The notes: generated by a model not told the origin, from the sequence alone. 64,000 nucleotides of DNA from a virus (IMGVR_UViG_3300034105_003474:32001-96000), one strand, 5' to 3'. Positions 9,732-19,049 are shown, counted from the first letter of the stretch. Numbers and translations are program-made.

Positions 9732-10154
9732 CTATGCGGAGAGTGCTGACACCTTCGCGCGAACATTCGCAATGTTCGTGAAGTGCTTCACGCCTTCCGC
9801 GGTGGTGAAACCAACCTTGACCACGCCGTAACCGTCCTCCTCGGGTGCGACCCAAAAGACCACGCCGACCGTGCCTTTAGGAACTTTGCGTCCCTTGAAC
9901 ACCTCAACGGTTTGACCCTTGACGACTTCGCCGTCCGCGACCAACTGTGCGAGACGCTCCGCATTGCGACGGACGATCTCCGCCCACCTTGCGACTGCCT
10001 CCTCCGTGTGACGGTGGGGTTGCTTCCAACGACCAACGCCACCCTCGTACTCGCGACCTGCACGCTCCGCGAGATAACGCACACCATTGCGGTTTACATC
10101 AAAGAAAACCTCTTCTCCGCACCCGCCACACCCGAACCTTTTACCGTTTTCCAT
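9732..10154 (-). CDS. Hypothetical protein with SH3/KOW-like C-terminus
   Basis: VKGQTVEVFKGRKVPKGTVGVVFW motif; GGAGG RBS; class-1 promoter at 10188-10209. Confidence 0.65.
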   Translation of the reverse strand: MENGKRFGCGGCGEEVFFDVNRNGVRYLAERAGREYEGGVGRWKQPHRHTEEAVARWAEIVRRNAERLAQLVADGEVVKGQTVEVFKGRKVPKGTVGVVFWVAPEEDGYGVVKVGFTTAEGVKHFTNIANVRAKVSALSA

Positions 10155-10335
10155 AACTCCTCCTTCAGAGGTCTAGTAGTTGTAATCAGAATACGCACAG
10201 GGTGTGACAGAGTGTGACTTGGATAAACCTAAACGAAGGGACGGCGAAGCCGCTTTCTGACAGCGAAGCAGCGTTGCGGGCGAAGCCGCTCGGCATCGCT
10301 GGCTTTCCTGCTCCGCAGCGATGCATCTCATACAC

Positions 10336-10366
10336 AGCCCCGCAAACCGCGTGGCTACGCGGGACT
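10336..10366 (+). repeat. Inverted octamer pair AGCCCCGC-N15-GCGGGACT (a further N25 pair at 10649-10689)
   Basis: Direct reading. Confidence 0.75.
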
Positions 10367-10688
10367 ATGGGCGCATCAGAAGAAGAAAGAAGACAAACCC
10401 GGTTGGGAACGTTGGGACAGGACCCGACGCACATTTTTGTAAAAAAGACAACTTTTTACGCGTTTTAGAAAACACCAATTTTTCACTAATTTTATGGTTT
10501 TTGAAAGCCTTATTCCATAAGGGTTTTACGGAACAGGTTTTCAGGAAACTTCTGAGCCAACACAAAAAACATCAAAAAGAACAACTTTTGAAAGATCCGG
10601 CTGCCAGGTCCCACAATTCCGGGCAGGTCCTGCTTCAGGCTTCTCGGAAGCCCCGCTTAGTTACTTGTGCTGAAGCACAGCGCGGGAC

Positions 10689-10889
10689 TCAGAAGAGGGT
10701 TGGCGCATCATCAAATTGGTTGCGTACCTCAGTACAGATTTTGTGGGCATACCCGAGTGGGGCGGAAGGTTTTTTTGGTGTCCCCAAGTATTTTCCATCT
10801 CGGTATTCAACCCATGAAACGATCTTCACACAGTAGGCGTGGTTCGTTGTGTCTATTTCTTGTTCACAGATGGAGCAGTTGACTTTCAT
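10689..10889 (-). CDS. Small Zn-binding hypothetical protein
   Basis: CSIC...HKIC; abuts the upstream gene. Confidence 0.5.
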   Translation of the reverse strand: MKVNCSICEQEIDTTNHAYCVKIVSWVEYRDGKYLGTPKKPSAPLGYAHKICTEVRNQFDDAPTLF

Positions 10890-11114
10890 TTATGCGGTTG
10901 CTTCTGCCTTTAGTGGTGCAACGATCACGGAGAGTAGATCTTCTACAGGGAACTGTAGATCACTATGCGACCTGATGTCAAGGAGTAGATCAACCATTTC
11001 TGATGATGACACGAGTTCGCGACCCGAGATATGTTTGATCGCATTGTCTATGAGGTCGGTGATAGTGCTAATTTGTTGTGCTGTTTCCAAGAGACTTCTT
11101 CTTTCTAGGTGCAA
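10890..11114 (-). CDS. Hypothetical protein
   Basis: Part of a tightly packed minus-strand operon. Confidence 0.5.
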   Translation of the reverse strand: MHLERRSLLETAQQISTITDLIDNAIKHISGRELVSSSEMVDLLLDIRSHSDLQFPVEDLLSVIVAPLKAEATA

Positions 11115-11268
11115 TAGTTGGTAGATAGTTTATCGCATAATCGTAGGTATGACGCAGACAAACGATGTGGTCGTTGTACACCGAGAGTGCTGTAGAGCAC
11201 CCTTCTAGTGCACAACGACGAACGCCGTTGCCATCTGTTTTGGGTTTGAGGACGGTGTTACTCTCCAA
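11068..11268 (-). CDS. Small Cys-rich hypothetical protein
   Basis: RRCALEGCSTALSVYN...CLRH, a motif seen in actinobacterial small proteins. Confidence 0.5.
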   Translation of the reverse strand: MESNTVLKPKTDGNGVRRCALEGCSTALSVYNDHIVCLRHTYDYAINYLPTIAPRKKKSLGNSTTN

Positions 11269-11707
11269 GTTTCGCCCACTCTTCGTCGCCGATGAGTTCT
11301 GATGCTTGCAGTATTGCTTCCTCTATATCAAAGTGCACGCAGTTCAACCAACCCGCTTCGCCAACTGTGTCGTCGTCTGCGTACAGATCAAACCATGCGT
11401 TGTTGTCAAACTCAATGCGTTCTTCGTCTATTGCTTTCTGCAACTGCTCATCTGTTTCAATGCCTGCTTCTGCGAGACGGTCGGAGTATCTGATCACCTG
11501 ATAGTTCGCATTGTCAATGCGTGCTTCTTTGCTGTCCCAAACATGGAGACGCATTTCGCCATCGCAGTAAACGCTGATGGTGCGGTCTTTGAAGGTAACC
11601 CGTGCCACGAGTTGGTGTGCATTTGCGTCCCAAACATAGAACGCAGGGTCTTTGCAGAACTCTCGCTCATGCGGTGACTGTTCTCGGGTGATAATTAGGT
11701 CTTGCAT
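11258..11707 (-). CDS. Hypothetical protein
   Basis: AAGGAG RBS; class-1 promoter at 11738-11759. Confidence 0.65.
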   Translation of the reverse strand: MQDLIITREQSPHEREFCKDPAFYVWDANAHQLVARVTFKDRTISVYCDGEMRLHVWDSKEARIDNANYQVIRYSDRLAEAGIETDEQLQKAIDEERIEFDNNAWFDLYADDDTVGEAGWLNCVHFDIEEAILQASELIGDEEWAKLGE

Positions 11708-11762
11708 TACTTCTCCTTGTTTCTAGTAGTTGTACCAAGAGTAATACGAGGGTGTTGTGCGG

Positions 11763-11990
11763 TTATGCGTTTCCTAACAGCGCCAATGCTTCGTCTATTT
11801 CTATGGTTGTTTTGATGGAGTGGTCGCCGTCGTATGCAACCGTGACATAGTTTGCGCCAACGGACGGGTTCTCTGCGAGATCGCAAATAGACCCGTACGC
11901 CTGTGCTACCGCATCTAGATGGTTATCTGCCTCGTAGACCATTTGCCAAGTGACTAGGTATTGCATCAGACGGACAGACTTTCCTGCCAC
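11763..11990 (-). CDS. Hypothetical protein
   Basis: Operon context. Confidence 0.5.
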   Translation of the reverse strand: MAGKSVRLMQYLVTWQMVYEADNHLDAVAQAYGSICDLAENPSVGANYVTVAYDGDHSIKTTIEIDEALALLGNA

Positions 11991-12178
11991 GAGAACATTG
12001 GGGTAACACCGAACTCGTCTTTTACGGAACGGGTGCTGACTTCAACATCAACCTTGTATTGCTCCAACGATGCGAGGATATCTGCAAGTTCCGCCTTGTC
12101 GGTTGCGATACGGTAACGCAACTCGTGCATACGGGTATTTAGGGTCTCAAATGTTTGCTTTTTGTTACGGAGTTTCAT
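11966..12178 (-). CDS. Hypothetical coiled-coil protein
   Basis: TAATG coupling with the upstream gene. Confidence 0.5.
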   Translation of the reverse strand: MKLRNKKQTFETLNTRMHELRYRIATDKAELADILASLEQYKVDVEVSTRSVKDEFGVTPMFSWQESLSV

Positions 12179-12564
12179 TATTTATCTGCCTTTCGGTCTG
12201 CTTGTGGGTCTCTTATCTCATACTGACGACTTTCGCGTTTTACGAAGATGTCAGGACGATCTTGAACGATCTTGCGGACGGTTGCTTCTGATATGTCACC
12301 GATTTCTGCAAGTTCTTTTACAGTTATCAACTCAAAGACATGGTTCTTGCACCAAGACAAAATGTCTTGCTTGCCGTCTTGTGCTGTACGCCAACCTTCA
12401 CTTGGTTGTGCCTGTGCCAAGAGTTCTGCCTTGATGTTGTTTGGTACGAGATCACGGACACGCTTAGGTACTTGCGCAACCCAAACAGGTTTCCCATAGG
12501 TGTTGATCGCTTCAGTAACTTCGCGTATCGCGTCGTCTAGTTGTGTGTCTACTTCGTTACTCAT
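12178..12564 (-). CDS. Putative winged-HTH DNA-binding protein (leaderless, MSNEVD...)
   Basis: ITVKELAEIGDISEATVRKIV HTH; ATG 7 nt after the -10 of a class-1 promoter (12572-12593). Confidence 0.6.
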   Translation of the reverse strand: MSNEVDTQLDDAIREVTEAINTYGKPVWVAQVPKRVRDLVPNNIKAELLAQAQPSEGWRTAQDGKQDILSWCKNHVFELITVKELAEIGDISEATVRKIVQDRPDIFVKRESRQYEIRDPQADRKADK

Positions 12565-12608
12565 AGTGTCTACTATACGCAACGGGTGTGACAAAGTGTG
12601 TGACCCCA

Positions 12609-12866
12609 TTAGAACGGTTCTGCTGTTCGCATGGACTCAGGTACTACAAGTGCGCTTTGTGCTTCGTTCAGTACCGTCATTGTCTGAGAAATGATGTTGC
12701 TGGTTTTTAGTACTGCGCCCTTGAACACCGCTGACTGTTCTTGTGTGCCAACTCGTGATAGTTCTTGTTCAAGAACTTCGTAAATGCTGTGTATCGCTTT
12801 CTCAATGCGACTCAAACTTGCTGAGTCTGCATCAAAGATTTGTGCGAGTGTTTGTGTTCTTTCCAT
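12609..12866 (-). CDS. Hypothetical protein
   Basis: 85 aa ORF with GAAAGG RBS. Confidence 0.5.
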   Translation of the reverse strand: MERTQTLAQIFDADSASLSRIEKAIHSIYEVLEQELSRVGTQEQSAVFKGAVLKTSNIISQTMTVLNEAQSALVVPESMRTAEPF

Positions 12867-12978
12867 AATTTGCTTATCACCCTTTCAGGCTTCTAGGTTT
12901 ATCTAACAATACCATTATATATACACCTCAGTCAAATAGCAACCCCCCAAACAAACAAATGTTCGCCTCAAACTTTTA

Positions 12979-13117
12979 TATCCGCCACCGTTCGGTTTGG
13001 TGTATCCCATGTGTATGCCTGCTTGTTGGGTGGGGCTGTCCCACTTCTGAGCCCCGCTCGGATTTCCCCCCTTTCCTTCACGCGGGGCTGAGAAATACTT
13101 GCAAATGTTTGGGGACT
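12979..13117 (+). repeat. Composite intergenic element copy 5 (divergent)
   Basis: TATCCGCCACCGTTCGGTTTGG 12979-13000; AGCCCCGC 13050; GCGGGGCT 13082; TGGGGACT 13110. Confidence 0.7.
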
Positions 13118-13154
13118 CAGATAAACTAAAAGAAAGTACTAGAAAAGAGGCTAA

Positions 13155-13754
13155 ATGGTTCAGGAAGAACTAAAGGTTTTAGAACAAGTCACTAAACAAT
13201 GGGTTTTGTGGCGCAAAAATAACAATATTCAAAAGAACTCGTGCATCTTGGCATGCAACTTTGCGCACCAACTGTTGGTTCGTTTGGGGGTGGAACACGA
13301 AGTCCTTCCCGTCGGAACCACAGTTTTCAACCGTAAAGGTTGGGAGATGTTTGGAACCGCAGTCAACCAACTACCTGATGATGCGTGGACAGTTCATTGT
13401 TCAAGCCAAACAACAGGTTCAGGTTTTGGCGGACACACCGTAATACATACGGAGAACTACTTTCTAGATTTGACGGCGTTACAGTTTTCCCGTCCTGAGC
13501 ACGAAATCTTCATTGGTGAAACTTTGATAGTCCCGTTGGAAAAGATGGAAGTCTTTGAGCGGGGCTCACAACCACATGCGGTGCATCTCGCATTCCGCAC
13601 CAACAAGTTTTGGACTTTCCCGATTGGTTCAGGTTTGTATTCGTACTACCTAGAGAAGTGGAACACGATCTACCGCAAGTCGCCCGATTGGAACATCTCG
13701 GCAAAAGAGTTAGGTATCCCGAGCATCATTGAGGAAATGCGAAAAGGTAGTTGA
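13155..13754 (+). CDS. Hypothetical protein, possible transglutaminase/papain-like Cys-His-Asp fold
   Basis: NSCILAC ... GHTVI ... FLDLTALQF pattern. Confidence 0.5.
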   Translation: MVQEELKVLEQVTKQWVLWRKNNNIQKNSCILACNFAHQLLVRLGVEHEVLPVGTTVFNRKGWEMFGTAVNQLPDDAWTVHCSSQTTGSGFGGHTVIHTENYFLDLTALQFSRPEHEIFIGETLIVPLEKMEVFERGSQPHAVHLAFRTNKFWTFPIGSGLYSYYLEKWNTIYRKSPDWNISAKELGIPSIIEEMRKGS

Positions 13755-13779
13755 CATTGCTATATATATTGGATACACT
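13751..13779 (+). promoter_or_regulatory. Sigma70/SigA-type promoter TTGACA-N17-TACACT
   Basis: Near-consensus hexamers upstream of the 13813 gene. Confidence 0.65.
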
Positions 13780-13812
13780 TTTATTACCTACTAGAAATAC
13801 AAGGAGCAAGAA

Positions 13813-14145
13813 ATGAACGAGAACAGTTACCGAACAGCAAAGACCGTGCTCATCACGGCGACAGTAACTATTGCGTCAGTGTTCGCATTTAGTTTCCTGA
13901 AAGAACAGAACCGACAAGACAACGAGTTCTTTTGCAACGGTGCATCAGTCAACATCAAAGAGGGCGACACCCTGTATTGGATTGCACGCACAAACTGTGA
14001 AGGCAACACCATGAATGTTGTGGACGAACTTGTACGAGTTTATGGAACTGAATTGACGGTTGGTGACACGATCTTCCTACCTACGCACCCGAACTGTGAA
14101 CTACGCATGACGGACGGCGGTCAAGTAATGGAAGATTGCAAGTAA
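13813..14145 (+). CDS. Membrane-anchored LysM-like protein
   Basis: N-terminal TM segment; VNIKEGDTLYWIAR...LTVGDTIFLP. Confidence 0.65.
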   Translation: MNENSYRTAKTVLITATVTIASVFAFSFLKEQNRQDNEFFCNGASVNIKEGDTLYWIARTNCEGNTMNVVDELVRVYGTELTVGDTIFLPTHPNCELRMTDGGQVMEDCK

Positions 14146-14184
14146 TAAACAAAAATATATAACTACTAGACAAGGAGAAAAGTA

Positions 14185-14592
14185 ATGAAAGCAATTTGGA
14201 ACTGGTATAGAAACAGGAGCAGATTTGTAAAGTTGGTAATCATCGTCACTGTTCTTACGATTATCGGAACAGTGATGGACGCAACAGACGGAAAAACTTC
14301 TTACGAAAGTATGAAGCAAGGAGATTGTTACTCTGACACATTCTCTTCTGCAAATAATTTACTTATTTCGGATTTTTCCAAAGTGGATTGTTCGCAGTCA
14401 CACTTAGGAAGAATTGTGTATGTTGAGAGTTTTGAGGGTAGAGAGTTTCCAATTTCGTGGGAACAGTATGCGGAAGACAACTGTCCAGCAATTTCCACAC
14501 ACTTCTACCACTCGGTAGATAAAGCAGTTATGTATGAAGACATATTTATATGCGTAGTAGAGGGCGCAACAGATGGTGGTAGCGATGTCTAA
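14185..14592 (+). CDS. Membrane protein with Cys-containing extracellular (septum-formation-like) domain
   Basis: TM segment; GDCY...VDCSQSH motif. Confidence 0.5.
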   Translation: MKAIWNWYRNRSRFVKLVIIVTVLTIIGTVMDATDGKTSYESMKQGDCYSDTFSSANNLLISDFSKVDCSQSHLGRIVYVESFEGREFPISWEQYAEDNCPAISTHFYHSVDKAVMYEDIFICVVEGATDGGSDV

Positions 14593-14776
14593 GTACATCA
14601 TTTCACTTGGTTCTGCGAGCGCACTAATTGGTGCGTGGTTTTGGCAGAAAGAGAACGCCTACGCCTCTCTCACGAGTAACGAACTCGCCTCTATCCTTCA
14701 GTGGGTAGGAGTAAGTCAAGTGTTAGTCGGAGTTGCCGTAGCACTAATCGGCTTAGAGATGAGGGGAAAGAAGTGA
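14585..14776 (+). CDS. Small two-TM membrane protein
   Basis: Two hydrophobic segments. Confidence 0.45.
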   Translation: MSKYIISLGSASALIGAWFWQKENAYASLTSNELASILQWVGVSQVLVGVAVALIGLEMRGKK

Positions 14777-15227
14777 ACATAGGCAAACTAGATAACCCAT
14801 ACACAACGGAGTGCCTTGACTGTGGGATAAACCTGTGGTCTCAATACCTGCACTATCTAGGTATGGACAACGACACCGCACAATGCGCAAACTGTCTAAC
14901 AGCAAACCCTACTAAATACGAAAGATGGAGCGACATAGTATGAGCGAACAGAACGGACAACTACCAACCTTTGGCGAATGGTGCGATCTGCATTCATTCA
15001 ACCCTGACAATGACGACAACTTCAATCTTTACCTGAATTGGTTACAGAGAGAAACGAGCAAACAATGAGCGACACCGAACAAGAAATCGTTGAAGTAACC
15101 CTTGACGCATTGGACGAAACCGTGAACGAACTAGAGCGTCTCATGGCGTTACTAGCAGAGCGTCTAGGCGCAACACCCGTCACCCACTACCAAGACAAGT
15201 GACCCTAGATAGGGCTAAACTTACCTA

Positions 15228-17171
15228 GTGTCAGAGAAATACCTGTTCCTAGCCGACGACCATTTGGTCTCAACTTCGCCATACAACCGAGAAGAAGTTG
15301 AACAAATCAAAGCCATCAACGGCGCAAAGTGGGACAAAGTTGCAAAAGCGTGGCGTATCCCAATGTCTTCAGTTGTTGAAGCGCGGGACTTCGCAGAAAG
15401 AAACGGCTTTATCGTTGATCCACAAGTTCTGACATTTGATCTTCCTCAGAAACTAAACCCAACCTTTGGAGTCACCCTAGAAAAAGACTTCATATATATG
15501 TCCTTCGCTTACGACCCTGTGAAAGTCAAAGCAGTAAAGGAAATCCCGAGCGTAACTTGGCACGCAAAAACTATGGCTTGGAGAGCACCCGTAGGTTCAA
15601 TCGCCGAATGCATTGAATGGGCAGAAAAGTTCAACCAACAAGTTCCACCTAACCTGAGTCAGTTGGCTTCCCAACTCAAAGAAACACATGATGCTTCCGT
15701 GCAACAGTCCCGATCCACAGATGCGGATCTAGAAGTCGCGGGACTCCCACTTCTTCCGTACCAGAAAGCCGGGGTGAAATACGCGTCGGCAGCCAAAAGA
15801 TGTTTTATCGCAGATGACATGGGACTCGGAAAAACCTTGCAGGCGATTGCAACTTTAGAAAACACCCCTGATTCTTACCCTGCTGTGGTTGTTTGCCCAC
15901 CGAACTTGGTATTGAATTGGCAAAAAGAATACGGGAAGTGGCTACCCGAAAGGAAAGTGGTGACTGTTAGTGACCGCAAAACATTCCCTGAACATAAAGA
16001 CTTTGATGTCCTTGTTATTGGATACTCTAACATTTCTCATTGGCAAAAGCAAATCACCGAGTTCAAGTCGTTTGTGTTTGACGAATCCCATTACATCAAG
16101 TCGCCGACGTCCCAACGAACGAAAGCAGCCATCAAGATAGCCAGAACAGCCCCGCAAGATGGAATCATTCTCTGCTTGACGGGGACTCCAGTCACCAACC
16201 GACCAGCAGAGTACGCCAGCCAGTTGGACGTCCTGGGCAAACTAAACACATTTGGTGGGCTTTGGGGTTTTTACCGACGGTACTGCGGTGCTTTCCGAGA
16301 CAGATTCGGTCAATGGAACATCAACGGTAACTCAAACCTAGATGAACTCAACGAAAAGTTGCGTGGGAACTGTTATATACGAAGAACAAAAGATCAAGTT
16401 TTGAAGGACCTGCCACCCGTGCGGCATTCAAACATTATTGTTGCTGGTAGCCCGGCGCAGATGGTTGAGTATCGGAAAGCAGAGCGGGACATCGTAGAGT
16501 ATTTGGTGGAACGCGCCAAACAAATTGCGTTGGAACTGGGCGCATCACCCGGCTCAGCAGCGGTGGTCGCCCGGATAAAAGCAGAATCTAATGAACATTT
16601 GGTTCGTATTTCTGTGTTGCGGAAACTGGCAGCGAAAGCAAAAATGGATGCAGTTATTGAGTTTATTGAAAGCCATATAGAAGCAGGGCTAAAAGTTGTC
16701 GTTGCGGCACACCACAGAGAGATTGTTGATGAACTCGCCAACAAGTTTGGGGGGTTGAAGATCCAAGGCGGAATGTTGGTCTCAGATGTGGAAGATGCGA
16801 AGTCCCGCTTCCAAGAAGAATCAACCGCCGACGCACCCGTGATTGTTTTGTCCATCCAAGCCGCCAAAACTGGGCACACTTTGACGGCTGCACAAGATGT
16901 GTTGTTTGTTGAACTTCCTTGGACACCCGCAGATGTTGACCAAACCTATAGTCGTTGCCACCGTTTGGGTCAGCAGGGTTCTGTTACCGCAACCTATTTG
17001 TTGTGTGAAGGAACTGTTGATGAGGAGATTTACAATCTGATTTCCCGGAAGAGGTCCGTCGTTGATGCGGCGACTGATGGCGGGGCTGTGGAGCGAAGAA
17101 GCGAATCGGTTGGTCAGATGATCGTTGGGATGTTCGCTCAGAGGGGAATTGACGGCATAAAACCCTTATAA
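15228..17171 (+). CDS. SNF2-family helicase with N-terminal HARP-like repeats (SMARCAL1-like annealing helicase)
   Basis: ADDMGLGKT, DESH, LTGTP, SRCHRLGQ; two KAI.G..W....KAWR repeats. Confidence 0.9.
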   Translation: MSEKYLFLADDHLVSTSPYNREEVEQIKAINGAKWDKVAKAWRIPMSSVVEARDFAERNGFIVDPQVLTFDLPQKLNPTFGVTLEKDFIYMSFAYDPVKVKAVKEIPSVTWHAKTMAWRAPVGSIAECIEWAEKFNQQVPPNLSQLASQLKETHDASVQQSRSTDADLEVAGLPLLPYQKAGVKYASAAKRCFIADDMGLGKTLQAIATLENTPDSYPAVVVCPPNLVLNWQKEYGKWLPERKVVTVSDRKTFPEHKDFDVLVIGYSNISHWQKQITEFKSFVFDESHYIKSPTSQRTKAAIKIARTAPQDGIILCLTGTPVTNRPAEYASQLDVLGKLNTFGGLWGFYRRYCGAFRDRFGQWNINGNSNLDELNEKLRGNCYIRRTKDQVLKDLPPVRHSNIIVAGSPAQMVEYRKAERDIVEYLVERAKQIALELGASPGSAAVVARIKAESNEHLVRISVLRKLAAKAKMDAVIEFIESHIEAGLKVVVAAHHREIVDELANKFGGLKIQGGMLVSDVEDAKSRFQEESTADAPVIVLSIQAAKTGHTLTAAQDVLFVELPWTPADVDQTYSRCHRLGQQGSVTATYLLCEGTVDEEIYNLISRKRSVVDAATDGGAVERRSESVGQMIVGMFAQRGIDGIKPL

Positions 17172-17199
17172 CTTAAGGAGTTAACTCAATGTTTGCAGT

Positions 17200-17850
17200 T
17201 TGGTTACTCGGTTTGCTATACTTAGAGATACAAGATTACTTGACATAGACGGGCACAAGAACCCGAAACCTATCCACCAACCGAAGGACAACTTCTTGAT
17301 AACCAAAACAGCAATGATATTGGCGTTTATATATGGGATGATCTTTCTCACCCCGATAGCCGAAGCAAAAGCCCCAATAGAAACAGGGGTAATTGCACTA
17401 GCCCCGCTATCAGTTATGCCTGAAACCCGAGAGGCAAGAGAAGGAACAGCGAATGTTTCTGTGTTCAAACACGGCAACATTGACTGGTTGCCAGAACTCG
17501 CCCTTGCTGCTGGATGGAAACCTGCTCAGTTCAAGAAACTAGGGCATATTATTCTCCGAGAATCAGGTGGTTGCCCGAACCGCATCGGTAGTTCTATCGT
17601 TGATAAGAACTGCAACATCACGGGATATACCAAGGCGACCAACAAGTCGGACTCAGGTTTGCTTCAAATCAACGGTGTTAATTGGGATTTAAGTCGTAAC
17701 AAGAACGCCATTGCTTGCGTCAAACTAGGCTTTTGCACCCAAGAGGATCTGCTTGATCCATTGAATAACCTCAAAGTTGGAAGACTTTTGTTTGAAGCCG
17801 CTGGTTGGCAGCCGTGGAACGCATGTAATTGGGATCCAACGCGCTGTTAA
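17200..17850 (+). CDS. Lytic transglycosylase (SLT-like); true start probably further downstream (about 17312)
   Basis: ILRESGG catalytic Glu, DSGLLQING, LLDPLNNL..G..L....GWQPW; hydrophobic N-terminus. Confidence 0.8.
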   Translation: MVTRFAILRDTRLLDIDGHKNPKPIHQPKDNFLITKTAMILAFIYGMIFLTPIAEAKAPIETGVIALAPLSVMPETREAREGTANVSVFKHGNIDWLPELALAAGWKPAQFKKLGHIILRESGGCPNRIGSSIVDKNCNITGYTKATNKSDSGLLQINGVNWDLSRNKNAIACVKLGFCTQEDLLDPLNNLKVGRLLFEAAGWQPWNACNWDPTRC

Positions 17851-18023
17851 AGGCTTATTAGCCCCGCTCCCAACAACCTCCGCCACTTCTGCTGGCACTA
17901 AATTTCGCACTAAATTTGGTGCGATGTTGCTGTCAAATATTTCTTTTGAAATGGGTTGACGTACAAGGTTTCTTCATATAAACTAATCTGCATAAACTAA
18001 ACAGGAACCGAGGAGGTTACCGA

Positions 18024-19049
18024 ATGGCAGCAAACATAGAAGTAAACACAGACGGCAAAGCACGATTTGCGTACGCAGGTACACAAACCCCATGGCACCG
18101 TCTAGGACAGTCAATGCAAGGACTCCAAACTATTGACGCAATGTTGGAAGCATCCCAAGCGGACTACCAAGTACTACTCACCAAGATCGCAGTAGTGGAC
18201 GACGAGGGCAACCTTGTTCGTAACCCTGACGGTTCACCCGTGATCGTTGAGGACAACAAAGCAACAGTCCGAATGAACGACGATGGTTCGTTCTCACCAT
18301 TGGCAACAGTGGGCAACCGTTACGATGTCCGACAGAACCGTGAGGTTCTTGAACGAGCAATGGCAGTGGTTGGTGCATCCAAGGGAGACGCAGTAATTGA
18401 TACTTGTGGCGTCCTCAAGGGCGGTGCACGATTCTTCGCAGGCATTGACCTCGGAACATTAATCATTGATCCAACGGGCGTTAACGACAGGATCGCACGA
18501 TACTTGGTTGTATCTCACGGACATGACGGTTACTGGCCGATTCGGTATGCAAATACCGATGTTCGGGCAGTATGTCAAAACACTGTGATCATGGGTATCA
18601 AGAACGCAGAGCGACTATTCACTGCACGACACACCCGTAATGCGGACGAGTACCTAAACACCGCACAAGAAGCATTGCAAATCTCTACGGATTGGGCAAA
18701 GAACTTCAAAATCATGGCAGAGTCAATGTTGGCGATCCCTGTTCCACAGTCATCACAGCGGGTAGACAAGGTCATCAACACTGTGTTCCCAATCAAAGCA
18801 ACGGAATCAGACACTCAACGACGCAACCGTGAAGAAATCACGGGAACGATCAGAGCACTGTATGCATCACAAAAGAATGCAGGCGGTTACGGTTACAACG
18901 GTTGGAGTATTTATAACTCTGTAGTGGAATACCTTGACCATCATCGCAGGGGCGATGCAAGTGACAGAGCGTTGGCAACCATTGAGGAAAACTCTTGGGT
19001 GAACAAAGCAAAGATCACTGCACAGCACGCAGTACTTCAACTAGTTTAA
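18024..19049 (+). CDS. DUF932/TIGR03299 phage-plasmid family protein
   Basis: PWHRLG, VGNRY..QN, G.LKGG.RFF, SHGHDG, RAVCQNT motifs. Confidence 0.85.
   Translation: MAANIEVNTDGKARFAYAGTQTPWHRLGQSMQGLQTIDAMLEASQADYQVLLTKIAVVDDEGNLVRNPDGSPVIVEDNKATVRMNDDGSFSPLATVGNRYDVRQNREVLERAMAVVGASKGDAVIDTCGVLKGGARFFAGIDLGTLIIDPTGVNDRIARYLVVSHGHDGYWPIRYANTDVRAVCQNTVIMGIKNAERLFTARHTRNADEYLNTAQEALQISTDWAKNFKIMAESMLAIPVPQSSQRVDKVINTVFPIKATESDTQRRNREEITGTIRALYASQKNAGGYGYNGWSIYNSVVEYLDHHRRGDASDRALATIEENSWVNKAKITAQHAVLQLV

Noticed and set aside
1046-10689. Octamer dyads as integron attC sites or terminators
   Set aside because: No RYYYAAC/GTTRRRY ends, no integrase in the window, mostly non-complementary spacers and no U-tracts.
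10214-10836. + strand ORFs of 84 and 171 aa
   Set aside because: No RBS or recognisable motifs; the region is motif-rich and appears non-coding.
952-13117. Box A repeats as a CRISPR array
   Set aside because: Copies are 1.3-4.4 kb apart with genes between them; no regular spacers and no cas genes.
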